NCBI GenBank assembly: GCA_041082215.1
Contig: JBDOIF010000049.1
Coordinates: 1-64,000 of the forward strand
Reading direction: 5' to 3'
DNA length: 64,000 bases
From: Anaerolineae bacterium
GTDB taxonomy: Bacteria; Chloroflexota; Anaerolineae; B4-G1; DUEL01
Shown: positions 1-9,379 of the stretch, piece by piece
Layout of the letters: every line of letters starts with the position of its first letter
Position numbering within the stretch: position 1 is the stretch's first letter
The notes under the pieces: generated by a model
Told to the model about the DNA's origin: nothing
Database searches by the model: none
What the model saw: only the letters and a program-made list of their open reading frames with translations
Program-made: the position numbers and the translations under genes

Positions 1-13
1 ATATGTGACCACT

Positions 14-961
14 ATGAGCCATTTCAAGCTCCGCCTGATGGCTCCAACGGACGCTGACGAGGTCCGTTTCCTGGACCAGGCGGCCTTCGGCGACTGGATG
101 TATCGCCGTAGGTACAACGAACCCATGCCCCAGCGCACCCGCGCCAATATCCTCAGCCTCTGGAGCCGGGATCCCCAGGGCTGCTTTGTGGCCGAGGCGG
201 ACGGCCGTCCCGTTGGCTATGTCTTTTCCCGCACGTGGGGCCGCGTGGGATGGTTCGGCACCATCGGGGTCCATCCTCAATTCCAGCGGAAAGGGATCGG
301 CCGCGCCCTGGTGCAGGCCTCGGTGGAGTATCTGGACAGGCGGGGATGTACGACGATCGGGCTGGGGACGATGCCAGAGGAGCCGGACAACGTGGCCCTG
401 TACGCCCGTTGCGGCTTCCGCCCCGACCACCTGACCGTTGTGCTGGCCCTCTCTGCCGCCCCCGCCTCTCACCCACCCGACCACGCCCTCTTCGGCTCCC
501 TCCCCCCCTCCACTCAGGCCCGGCTCCTCCAGGAAGCGGTCCCCCGTATCTGCGCCGAGGTCCGGCCCGGGCTGGACTACGCCCCCGAGGTCCGCGCCGC
601 CGCCCAGGACGGCTACGGGGAGACCCTCCTGCTGGGGGGAGCGGATGAGCCGTGGGGTTTCGTTGTCGTGCGCACGCAGAGCAAATGGGAGGGCCAGCCC
701 CTCAACACCCTCAACGTAGAGGCAGGGGCACTGGCAGCAGGGGAGGAGGACCGTCTGGGAGAGTTGCTGGCATTGCTGGCCGATTTTGCCGCTCGAAGAG
801 GGCTTGCACGCGTGTTGCTGCCTGTCAACAGCTACCACTGGCCTGTCCTGAAACGGCTGCTGGAACTGGGCTGCCGTGCAGTCCACACCCGCCTGCGGAT
901 GATCCTCCGCCAGGAGCTGCCCCGCCTGAACGCGGTGGACCTGGCGACCTGGGCAGCGTAA
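14..961 (+). CDS. GNAT family N-acetyltransferase (tandem GNAT-like)
   Basis: Acetyl-CoA motif A VHPQFQRKGIGRAL and NVALYARCGF; ATG at 14 chosen over GTG at 5. Confidence 0.85.
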   Translation: MSHFKLRLMAPTDADEVRFLDQAAFGDWMYRRRYNEPMPQRTRANILSLWSRDPQGCFVAEADGRPVGYVFSRTWGRVGWFGTIGVHPQFQRKGIGRALVQASVEYLDRRGCTTIGLGTMPEEPDNVALYARCGFRPDHLTVVLALSAAPASHPPDHALFGSLPPSTQARLLQEAVPRICAEVRPGLDYAPEVRAAAQDGYGETLLLGGADEPWGFVVVRTQSKWEGQPLNTLNVEAGALAAGEEDRLGELLALLADFAARRGLARVLLPVNSYHWPVLKRLLELGCRAVHTRLRMILRQELPRLNAVDLATWAA

Positions 962-962
962 G

Positions 963-3749
963 ATGGCCCGTCATCGTCCGTTCCGCTGGCCCCTGATCGC
1001 GGCCTTCCTGGCCTGCCTGGCCGCTGGCGCTGCACTCCGACTGGCCCGGCTGCCGGAGTTGCCGCTGGGCCTCCACTACGACGAGGCGGCCAACGGCATC
1101 CTGGCCGCGGAGATCGCCCGCGGGATCAAACACCCGGTCTTCATCCCCTCCTACACTGGCAAAGAGGTCCTCTTCTTTTACTGGGCCGCCGCCTGGATGC
1201 GGGTGCTGGGGGAAGGTGTGCTGGCCCTGCGGCTCACCGCCGCCGTTGCCGGTATCTGCACGGTCGCCGCCGCCGCCTGGGCCACCTGCGAGCTGCTGCA
1301 CGATCGGGAAGACGCACCCTGGATCGGAGCCTTCACCGCTGCCTTCCTGGCGACCTCGCTCTGGCACCTGATCTTCAGTCGAATCGGCTTTCGGGCCATC
1401 ACCCAGCCGCTCCTCCAGGCGCTGACGGTGGGTGCGCTGTGGCGCGGGCTGCGGCTGGAACGCAGGGGGTGGCTTGTGCTGGCGGGGCTTCTGGCCGGAG
1501 CGACCCTCTACACGTACCTGGCCTCCCGCGCCTTTCCCCTCCCGCTGGCCGTGCCCCTTCTCGCCCTTCTCCTTACCGACCGGGAGCGCCGCTGCATCCG
1601 GCTGGGCCATATCCTCCTCTTCGGAGTTGCCGCCATTGCCGCCCTGATCCCGCTGGCCGCCTATTTCATCGCCCACCCCGCCGCCCTCACCACCCGGATC
1701 GGGCAGGTGGCCGCTCGCTCCTGGGCCGAGGCCTGGGAGGGCCTCCGGGCCTGCCTGGGGATGTTCTTCCTGAAGGGGGACCCCTACATCCGCTTCAACC
1801 TCCCCGGCCGCCCCCTTTTCGACCCGGCCACCGCCGCTCTCTTCCTTCTCGGCCTCCTGATCACCTTCCGCCGCCTCTTCGACCGCCCCGGCCGCCCCCT
1901 ACCCATCGCTTCCGGTCTCTTCCTCCTCACCCTCCTCCCCATCATGCTTCTCCCCAGCGCCCTGGCCACCGGCGAGATCACCCCCAGCAACCTGCGCGCC
2001 ATAGGGCTGCTCCCGTTCATTTACAGCTTTCCAGCCCTGGCGGCGGTCAGCCTGCTGCGGTCCGTCGTCCCGGCGGCCCGCCTCGACCGCTGGGCCCTGG
2101 GCCTGATCCTCTTTTTCCTCGCCCTCCAGGCCCCTGTTACCTCCACGCTCTACACCCGCTGGGCGACCAGCCCCGCCCTCTACGAAGCCGCCGATGGGGA
2201 CCTGGTGGATGTGGCGGCTTACCTCAACGGAACCGACCTGGAGGGAGTCACCCCTTACATCGCCAGCATCCATTACCGCCATCCCACCCTCGCCTTTCTG
2301 GCAAAGGACTATCCCCGGCTGAAGTGGCTCACGGGCGGCGAGACGCTGGTCTTCCCCGCCGGGGGGGACGGGCTGCTGATCCTCCCCCGTTCCGCCGACC
2401 AGGGGCGCAGATGGATAGAGGAGCGGCTGGCCGAAGCCGTCCGTCTCCCCACCCCCGCTGGCCCCGACGGACAGCCCGCCTTCATCGCTTACCGCTTCCC
2501 TGCTGGCTCCTCCTCCACCCCATCCCACCCCCTCTCCGCCGATTTCGGCCATGCGGTGGCGCTTCTGGGATACGACCTGCTCTCCACCCCCCGCTCCGGG
2601 GAACAGGCAGACGTGGTGGTCTACTGGCGGGTGGAGAACCGGCCCGACCCGGGCGACCTGCTGCCGGCGGTCCGGTTGACCGACCCGTGGGGCGGCCTGT
2701 GGGGCGAGTCCCGCCCCTTCCACTACCCTGCCGAGCAATGGACGCCGGGCGAGGTGGTGATGGATCATCTCTCGGTGAAGGTGGCGCCGGGTGCTCCGCC
2801 GGGAGCATATCAACTGAAGCTGAGCTTCTATGCCGCCTCCACCGGCCAGCCCCTCCCCCTCCTGGACGCGACGGGAGGATACGCTGGCACCGCCGTCGGG
2901 CTGCCGGTGGAGCTGGAACGGGCCACCACCCCCCCCGCCCCGTCCGACCTGCCGATCCGCCAGCGGCTGAATCTGGAAAGCGGGGCCGGCCCCACCCTGC
3001 TGGGCGTCAGCCTGGATACACGCACCATCCGGCCCGGCGAGCCGGTCCACCTCACCCTTTTCTGGCAGGCCGCCCGCCCCGTCCAGGCCGACCTGACCGT
3101 TCACCTCCAGCTGGGAGAAGAACGACTATACGAAGGAATGCCGGTCCACAACACCTATCCCACGAGCCAATGGGCCGCCGGGGAGGTGGTGGCCGACCGA
3201 TACGACCCCCGGCTGAGCCGGGAAGCAGCGCCGGGCGCCTGCCCCCTCACCCTCACGCTGCTTGACGGAGAGGGCCGGGAGGTGCTGGGGCCTGTGACGC
3301 TGGGAGAGATCACCGTCGAGAGGGTGGATCGGACCTTTGAACCGCCTTCGATGGCCCACGAGGTAGGTATTCCGCTGGGGGATCAGGCAGAGCTTCTGGG
3401 ATACGATCTGGATCCATCGGACGGCCAGCTCAGGGTGACCCTCTACTGGCGGGCAACGGCGGAGATGGAGAGCTCCTATACCGTCTTTGTGCACCTGCTG
3501 GGGCCGGAGGGCGGAGTCGTTGCCCAGCACGATGGGATACCAGCAGGGGGAGGATACCCCACCCCCCTGTGGATGGAAGGGGAGGTGGTGGCCGATCCCC
3601 ACATCCTCGACCTGCCGGCCGGACTTCCGCCGGGGAGCTACACGCTGGAGGTGGGGATGTACATACAGGAAACGGGGGAGCGGTTGCCCGTGCCCGACTC
3701 CCCCGATGGAGCGGTCCGTATTCCTGTTCAATGGCCAGAAACTAGGTGA
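963..3749 (+). CDS. GT-C/GT39 (PMT/ArnT-like) membrane glycosyltransferase with three repeated C-terminal extracellular beta domains
   Basis: N-terminal LHYDEAAN motif and many TM segments; three repeats of LLGY/V..L..YW/FW..P..W..GEVVxD..PG.Y.L. Confidence 0.8.
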   Translation: MARHRPFRWPLIAAFLACLAAGAALRLARLPELPLGLHYDEAANGILAAEIARGIKHPVFIPSYTGKEVLFFYWAAAWMRVLGEGVLALRLTAAVAGICTVAAAAWATCELLHDREDAPWIGAFTAAFLATSLWHLIFSRIGFRAITQPLLQALTVGALWRGLRLERRGWLVLAGLLAGATLYTYLASRAFPLPLAVPLLALLLTDRERRCIRLGHILLFGVAAIAALIPLAAYFIAHPAALTTRIGQVAARSWAEAWEGLRACLGMFFLKGDPYIRFNLPGRPLFDPATAALFLLGLLITFRRLFDRPGRPLPIASGLFLLTLLPIMLLPSALATGEITPSNLRAIGLLPFIYSFPALAAVSLLRSVVPAARLDRWALGLILFFLALQAPVTSTLYTRWATSPALYEAADGDLVDVAAYLNGTDLEGVTPYIASIHYRHPTLAFLAKDYPRLKWLTGGETLVFPAGGDGLLILPRSADQGRRWIEERLAEAVRLPTPAGPDGQPAFIAYRFPAGSSSTPSHPLSADFGHAVALLGYDLLSTPRSGEQADVVVYWRVENRPDPGDLLPAVRLTDPWGGLWGESRPFHYPAEQWTPGEVVMDHLSVKVAPGAPPGAYQLKLSFYAASTGQPLPLLDATGGYAGTAVGLPVELERATTPPAPSDLPIRQRLNLESGAGPTLLGVSLDTRTIRPGEPVHLTLFWQAARPVQADLTVHLQLGEERLYEGMPVHNTYPTSQWAAGEVVADRYDPRLSREAAPGACPLTLTLLDGEGREVLGPVTLGEITVERVDRTFEPPSMAHEVGIPLGDQAELLGYDLDPSDGQLRVTLYWRATAEMESSYTVFVHLLGPEGGVVAQHDGIPAGGGYPTPLWMEGEVVADPHILDLPAGLPPGSYTLEVGMYIQETGERLPVPDSPDGAVRIPVQWPETR

Positions 3750-4476
3750 GAAGGGCCGTAACGGGAAGGCCCAGCGCGGCGGGGAGGTCGGCCGGAGAGG
3801 GGAGGATGAGATGGGCGCCTGCCCGCTCCAGCTCCTCCCGTTCTCCAAAGCCGCAGAGGACAGCCACAGCCCAGGCCCCGGCGCGACGGGCAGCCAGCAC
3901 GTCCATAGTCGTATCCCCTACCATCGCGCACCGATCGGGCGAAAGCCCCAGCGCCCTGGCCGCATGGAGGATCGGAGAAGGATGCGGTTTGAGCCGCCAG
4001 GTGGACTCGCGGGTGATGACCTGCTCGAAGAGATGGGTGAGCCTGAACTGGGCCAGGAACTCCTCCGCGTCCCGCCGTCCCCTGGTGGTGACGACCGCCA
4101 GCCGGTAGCAGGAGGCAAGGGCATGCAGGGCCTGGTCAGCCCCCTCAATCAGGCGGAAGTTGGCCGGAGTGCGGAGTCCGCCCCACCGCCGGAAGCGGTC
4201 CGCAACGCGGGCAAAGAAAGCGTCCAACCCTACAATGTCCAGCCCGGTCAGGATGAGGTTACCGGGCGTCTCCAGCGCCATCACCAGCCGCCGGGCCGCC
4301 TGATAGGGGGTGCGAAAGCCAAGCCGTGCCATCCGGCGGGCCAGCGCCTCCACAGCCTGATCGTCGGAGTCCAGCAGCGTGCCGTCCAGATCGAAGAGGA
4401 AAGCCTCAACAGCCGCAAGCCCCCCCGCCACAGCCACAGAGGTCCTCCGTCCTATGGGGGTCCTCCCATCCCTCAC
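3742..4476 (-). CDS. HAD-superfamily hydrolase (phosphoglycolate phosphatase-like)
   Basis: FDLDGTL motif I, KPHP, MVGDT; true start may be downstream of 4476. Confidence 0.88.
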   Translation of the reverse strand: MRDGRTPIGRRTSVAVAGGLAAVEAFLFDLDGTLLDSDDQAVEALARRMARLGFRTPYQAARRLVMALETPGNLILTGLDIVGLDAFFARVADRFRRWGGLRTPANFRLIEGADQALHALASCYRLAVVTTRGRRDAEEFLAQFRLTHLFEQVITRESTWRLKPHPSPILHAARALGLSPDRCAMVGDTTMDVLAARRAGAWAVAVLCGFGEREELERAGAHLILPSPADLPAALGLPVTALLT

Positions 4477-6452
4477 GGGCAGTTCGTCTGCACGAAGAGG
4501 ACCTTATACCAGACGACCTCGTATCCTTCCGGAGCCCGCCACCAGCCGTAGTCGCCGGGGCAGCAGCTATCCGGCACCGGCCAGGCGATCTCCCCCGAAG
4601 TGGTGAAGTAGGTCATTGCATGGGGGAATCCGGAGAAGTCGTTGTACGGCCCCGATAACTCCTGCTGGGGGGTCACAGCGCCGTAGAAATAGCGATACTT
4701 CGTGCTCGGTCCTCCTCCGGCAGACCAGCCGATCCGTCCCCCCCGGTATCCCGTCGTACCGGGGAAGCATGTCACAAGGGCCGGTTGGGACATCCAGAGG
4801 CGGGGAGAGGGGGTGGGGGTAACGGCGGGCTGCGGCATCGGCGTGGCGGAGGGTTGGACTGTCGCCGGAGGGGGCGCGACGCGGATCGAGACCTCCAGCT
4901 CCTCCCCCAGCGGGTTCCCCCTCTCGTCCCGGAGCTGCCAGACGCCGGAGTAGGTTCCGTATGCTGCTGGAGCTTCCAGCTCCAGCACGATCGGCTGTTC
5001 CTCGCCGGGAGCCACAGGGCCGATCCACACCCGCTCCGCACCCCCCATCCGCTCGCCGGAGACGAAGGCCAGCACGACCCCACCCTCCCAGGGACAGGTG
5101 CCACTGTTACGCACGACCCACCGTTTGGTAAAGACCTGGCCGGGCCGTATGGGGCTACGGAGAGGGATGTCCTCCACCAGTTCGGCATCGAAGACGCAGG
5201 TCGCCATCGCCGTCGCCGTCCGGTCCGGCGTGGGGGTGAGCGTGGGGGTGGGGGTGGGCGAGGGAGTGGGAGTGGACGTAGGCGCTCCTATTGTAGCCTG
5301 GAACGCCGCCAGTGTGGCCGCCAACTGCGTGACGGCCAGGTCGGGTGTCGGGGTACTCGCCGGAGGAGTTGGGCTTACCAGACTGCCCAGCAGGGCATCG
5401 AGCCGGCCCGTGTAGGCGAGAAGCCAGCCGCCTCCCAGCAGCGACAGGAACAGCAAAGCGATCAGGAGAGGCCGCAACCATGCCTTCCGACGGCGAGGGG
5501 GAGGAGGAGGCGTCCCCCACGAAGGGATGGTTTCCAGGCCCGACGGCGTAGGATAGGCCGGCACGGTCTGATCCGATGGCGCCGCAGTCGCCGGTTGAAA
5601 CGGGAAGGGGGTGATCACCTCCCCGGCCAGCACCCGCCGCAGGTCGGCGACGAAATGGGCCGCCGTCTGATACCGCCGGTCCGGGTCTTTCGCCAGCGCC
5701 CGCAACAACACCTGCTCCAGCCCGGGCGGCAGATCGGGCCGCAAGGACCGGGGGGATGGCAGCGGTTCGTTGATATGTTTGAGCACGATCCCCATCGGCG
5801 TGTCGGCGTCGAAGGGGAGCTTCCCCGTCAGCAACTGGTAGAACACCACCCCCAGGGAGTAAATATCCGACCGCTCGTCCCCGGCTTCCCCCATCCCCTG
5901 CTCAGGGGAGATGTAGGCTGGCGTCCCCACCATCGCCCCGCTGGCCGTCAGCCCCGTCACGTTGACGATCTTGGCAATGCCAAAGTCGGTGAGGATCACC
6001 TGATTATCGCTGGTGAACATAATGTTGGCCGGTTTAACGTCCCGGTGGACCATCCCGCGGCGATGGGCGTAGTCCAGCGCCTCCCCGACCGCCACAACGA
6101 TCCGGACCGCCTCCTCCAGCGGCATTCTCTCCCCTCGCGCTTCCAGCTCCTGGAGGCGGACCTTCAGCGAAGGGCCGTCAATGAATTCCATCACCATATA
6201 ATAGCAGCGCCGCTCTGCGTCGTACTCGAAGTCGTAGACCTGGATGATGTTGGGGTGGCGCAGGGCAGCGACGGCCTTCGCTTCCCGCTCGAAGCGGGTC
6301 AGGAAGTTCTCCTCGGTGGCGAGAAAGGGGTGGAGCACTTTAACCGCCACGTACCGATCCAGGTTGGGCTGGTAGGCCTTGTAGACCTCCGCCATACCGC
6401 CGTGGCCGAGGTGTTCGATGATCTGGTACCTGCCTAGCGTCTCGCCTATCAA
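4473..6452 (-). CDS. Hanks-type Ser/Thr protein kinase with TM helix, Pro/Thr linker and NBR1-Ig-like (FW) extracellular domain
   Basis: LGHGGMAEVY, VAVK, HRDVKPAN, DFG, GTPAY; FTKRWVVRNSGTCPW...GTYSGVWQL; AAGGAG RBS before TTG at 6452. Confidence 0.9.
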   Translation of the reverse strand: MIGETLGRYQIIEHLGHGGMAEVYKAYQPNLDRYVAVKVLHPFLATEENFLTRFEREAKAVAALRHPNIIQVYDFEYDAERRCYYMVMEFIDGPSLKVRLQELEARGERMPLEEAVRIVVAVGEALDYAHRRGMVHRDVKPANIMFTSDNQVILTDFGIAKIVNVTGLTASGAMVGTPAYISPEQGMGEAGDERSDIYSLGVVFYQLLTGKLPFDADTPMGIVLKHINEPLPSPRSLRPDLPPGLEQVLLRALAKDPDRRYQTAAHFVADLRRVLAGEVITPFPFQPATAAPSDQTVPAYPTPSGLETIPSWGTPPPPPRRRKAWLRPLLIALLFLSLLGGGWLLAYTGRLDALLGSLVSPTPPASTPTPDLAVTQLAATLAAFQATIGAPTSTPTPSPTPTPTLTPTPDRTATAMATCVFDAELVEDIPLRSPIRPGQVFTKRWVVRNSGTCPWEGGVVLAFVSGERMGGAERVWIGPVAPGEEQPIVLELEAPAAYGTYSGVWQLRDERGNPLGEELEVSIRVAPPPATVQPSATPMPQPAVTPTPSPRLWMSQPALVTCFPGTTGYRGGRIGWSAGGGPSTKYRYFYGAVTPQQELSGPYNDFSGFPHAMTYFTTSGEIAWPVPDSCCPGDYGWWRAPEGYEVVWYKVLFVQTNCP

Positions 6453-6481
6453 GCCGGTTCTCCTTGACAACGTGGGAAGAT

Positions 6482-6958
6482 TTACTCCTGGAGTGTGGAG
6501 TTGTCGAACCTTTCCTGTTCCTGGCAGCGGGCGATGAACATGCTGAGAGCATCCCACGCCCGTTCGAAGTCCATCCCGGCTACAAGGAGGTGGTCTCGCT
6601 GGTAGGCGGAGAAGGCCAGGAGGCTCACCCCCTCCTCCGCCAGCACATCGGTCAGCACCGCCAGATACCCGACCAATCCCAGCTCCAGGGGCAGATCGAA
6701 GGTGATCAGACGGTAGCCGGGGCTCTCCTCAAAGCGGGGGAGGGTTTCCCGGAGACCGGCCCACACATCTGTCGGAAGGATCAGGGTCAGTTCATCTTTA
6801 TCCACCACAGCGGCAGAGAAGGGTTCAGCGGCCTTTGTCAGAAGGGCCAACCCCTCGTAGAGGTCCTCCAGGGGAACAGTCGCTATCGTATACTCCCGCC
6901 CATCGGTGTAGAGGCGGGTCTGTGCGAGGACGTGAAGAAGGCCAGGGGGCAGTTCCAT
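6482..6958 (-). CDS. ACT-domain protein (CASTOR/ACT_7-like)
   Basis: ELTLI...YRLITFDLPLELGLVGYLAVLTDVLAEEGVSLLAFSAYQRDHLLV. Confidence 0.8.
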   Translation of the reverse strand: MELPPGLLHVLAQTRLYTDGREYTIATVPLEDLYEGLALLTKAAEPFSAAVVDKDELTLILPTDVWAGLRETLPRFEESPGYRLITFDLPLELGLVGYLAVLTDVLAEEGVSLLAFSAYQRDHLLVAGMDFERAWDALSMFIARCQEQERFDNSTLQE

Positions 6959-7190
6959 AAGCTCATCTCCTCGCTTATAAACAGACCCCGGAGCAACGGC
7001 TACTCCGCGGTCGCTTTTATACTAACACAGGCAGGGATTTTCCGCAAGATGGGGAGGCGGGTTGTCCACATACCTTCACCAATCTGGAACGGAAAAGTCA
7101 CACTCCAGGCCCGGGCCAGTGTGGGCTGGCCCCACTTGTCGAAACGGTGATTCTGATTTATCCTTCCTCCCACGCAAGGAGGGCAGGCGA

Positions 7191-8153
7191 ATGGGCATAC
7201 CGGTCCTCTCCATCGTCGGCCGCTCGGGGAGTGGCAAGACGACCCTGCTGGAGAAGCTGATCCCGGAACTGAAGGGGCGGGGGTATCGGGTAGCTGTGGT
7301 CAAACATCACCCCCACCCCGGCGCCAGTGTGGACGTAGAGGGGAAGGACACCTGGCGGTTTTCCCGGGCCGGCGCCGATCACGTGGCCCTCGTAACCCCC
7401 GACCTGGTGATGCACTACCGCAAGAAGGAACAGGAGCCCTCTTTGACGGAAGTGGTGTCCGGGATCCGGGAGGTGGACCTGATCCTGACGGAGGGGTTCA
7501 AACAGGAGCGTTTCCCCAAAGTGCAGGTCAGTCGAGGGGAGGCTGCACCGGAGCCTGTGTGCGACCCCTGCGAACTGCTTGCCCTCGTCTCCGACCAGCC
7601 CCCCCATGGAGAAACGCCCTGGTTCGACCTGGAGGACATAGCCGGGCTGGCAGACCTGATCGAGGGGAAACTCCTGGCCCACCGACAGCCCTCGCAGGCC
7701 CTCCGTTCCCTACCGGTCCTCACAGCCGCCGTGCCCATCGAGGCCAGCGCCGACCAGGTGGAACGATGGTTCCGCGCCCTGGAGGACCACCCGGAACGGT
7801 ATCGGTTCGACACCCACGGCGGGTTCACCTTCACCCGGGGCCGGTTCGGCGAGGTCGGCGCGCAATTCCAGACGCGGGAACGGTTCTACGGTCGGTACTT
7901 CACCCTGAACTTCGAGGTCACGGCCACAGGCCCTCTATGGTTCCGCTTCCGGCTCCTCTGTCCGCCCTTCCCGATCTGGGGCGCGTTCCGCATCCGGCCC
8001 GTATCGGCCGGTCGGGTCTGGTTGCGCCTGGAGATCGGCGGCGAGACACGGCTGGGGAGGTGGCTCCTGCGGCTTCCCCTGATCAGGGGAGCGGTTCAAA
8101 ATCAGATTCAGGCCGAGGTCGAGCACATCAGGAGATCGGTATCCAGCCTGTAG
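7191..8153 (+). CDS. mobB: Molybdopterin-guanine dinucleotide biosynthesis protein MobB with an extra C-terminal SRPBCC-like domain
   Basis: GRSGSGKTT, VAVVKHH, DVEGKDTWRF, ILTEGFK; about 150 extra C-terminal aa; AAGGAGG RBS before ATG 7191. Confidence 0.85.
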   Translation: MGIPVLSIVGRSGSGKTTLLEKLIPELKGRGYRVAVVKHHPHPGASVDVEGKDTWRFSRAGADHVALVTPDLVMHYRKKEQEPSLTEVVSGIREVDLILTEGFKQERFPKVQVSRGEAAPEPVCDPCELLALVSDQPPHGETPWFDLEDIAGLADLIEGKLLAHRQPSQALRSLPVLTAAVPIEASADQVERWFRALEDHPERYRFDTHGGFTFTRGRFGEVGAQFQTRERFYGRYFTLNFEVTATGPLWFRFRLLCPPFPIWGAFRIRPVSAGRVWLRLEIGGETRLGRWLLRLPLIRGAVQNQIQAEVEHIRRSVSSL

Positions 8154-8360
8154 GACAAGCTGATGAGTTTTAACAAATTAATCCGGCCATAATCCTGCGC
8201 GGCCCTTGTGGAAACAACGGGGCGCAGGCCGCCAGGCCTGCAGGGACAGGCTAACAGCCTGCGCTACGCCCGGCCATTTTTGTGGGCATAGTGCTCCCCG
8301 ACCACGCAAATTCCCGGAGAACCTCCTGCACCTTAGCTTTTCCTACAGGCTTGTCCTACA
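8150..8360. repeat. Nested REP-like cluster: GTAGGACAAGC...GCTTGTCCTAC arms enclosing a GCGCAGGCCGCCAGGCCTG/CAGGCTAACAGCCTGCGCTAC unit
   Basis: Arms at 8150-8160 and 8349-8359; inner unit 8221-8267; both motifs recur elsewhere in the window. Confidence 0.7.
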
Positions 8361-8420
8361 ATAAAGAGCATGCTAAAATATCGAAAATCGGGGACAGTAA
8401 AACGAGAGGGGAGGTAGCCA

Positions 8421-8906
8421 ATGGAACTGTTTGTCGTCCGCATAGAGAAGCCGGATGAGGTCAATTTCATCCTCGGGATGAGCCACTTCATCAAAACAGT
8501 GGAGGACATTCATGAGGCGCTGGTCACCGCTGTGCCGGGCATCCGCTTTGGCCTGGCCTTCTGCGAGTCCTCCGGCCCGGCGCTGATCCGCCTCACTGGC
8601 ACTGATGAAGCGATGATCGAGCTGGCGAAAAAGAACAGCCTCGCCATCGGAGCGGGCCATTCCTTCATCATCTTCCTGGCCCCCGGCTTCTACCCCGTCA
8701 ACGTCCTCAACACAGTCAAGCAGGTCCCCGAGGTCTGCCGCATCTTCTGCGCCACCGCCAACCCCGCCGAGGTCATCCTGGCTCAGACAGAGCAGGGGCG
8801 GGCCATCCTGGGCGTGGTGGACGGCGTCAGCCCAAAAGGGGTGGAGTCAGAAGAAGACATCGCCCACCGCAAGCAGTTCCTGCGCGCCATCGGATATAAG
8901 CTGTAA
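8421..8906 (+). CDS. Adenosine-specific kinase (DUF355 family)
   Basis: NFILGMSHFIKTVED, FGLAFCESSG, CRIFCATANP, GRAILGVVDG, FLRAIGYKL. Confidence 0.9.
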   Translation: MELFVVRIEKPDEVNFILGMSHFIKTVEDIHEALVTAVPGIRFGLAFCESSGPALIRLTGTDEAMIELAKKNSLAIGAGHSFIIFLAPGFYPVNVLNTVKQVPEVCRIFCATANPAEVILAQTEQGRAILGVVDGVSPKGVESEEDIAHRKQFLRAIGYKL

Positions 8907-8946
8907 GGTCTGGAGCGCCTCTTTTCCCTGTCGTAAAGGAAGACCG

Positions 8947-9315
8947 GTGGCGTCCTTGTTCACGGTGGTCAACGAGAGCCGGGGAGAACCCCTGCCGGTA
9001 AGGGCGCGGCGCTGCGCTTCCTTTCTATGCCGGCTGCGGGGGCTGATGTTCCGGCGGCGGCTGCCGGAGGGGGAAGCACTCCTTCTCGTGGGCGGGCGGG
9101 CCAGCCGGCTGGAGACCACCATTCATATGTTCTTCGTCTTTTTCCCCATCGCGGCTATCTGGCTGGACGAAGGGGGCCGGGTTGTGGACGTCCGCCTGGC
9201 CCGTCCCTTCCGCCCCCTCTACATCCCCCGCGGCCCGGCGCGGGACGTGCTGGAAGGACCCCCGGAGCTGCTGAAAAAGGTCGCCGTGGGTGAAAGGCTG
9301 CGCTTTGACGTTTGA
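8947..9315 (+). CDS. DUF192 domain protein
   Basis: RLRGLMFR...IHMFFVFFPIAAIWLD...VLE. Confidence 0.85.
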   Translation: MASLFTVVNESRGEPLPVRARRCASFLCRLRGLMFRRRLPEGEALLLVGGRASRLETTIHMFFVFFPIAAIWLDEGGRVVDVRLARPFRPLYIPRGPARDVLEGPPELLKKVAVGERLRFDV

Positions 9316-9366
9316 CGCTTGACGCCTGACGTTTGACGTCTGACGTTTGACGCTTTACGTTTGACC
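9304..9366 (+). repeat. Heptamer tandem array (9 x NNTGACG-like)
   Basis: tttgacg tttgacg cttgacg cctgacg tttgacg tctgacg tttgacg ctttacg tttgacc. Confidence 0.95.
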
Positions 9367-9379
9367 GCAGGGAGCAGAT

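Noticed and set aside
9304..9366. CRISPR array or stacked -35 boxes (TTGACG)
   Set aside because: Simple 7-bp tandem repeat with no spacers and no matching -10
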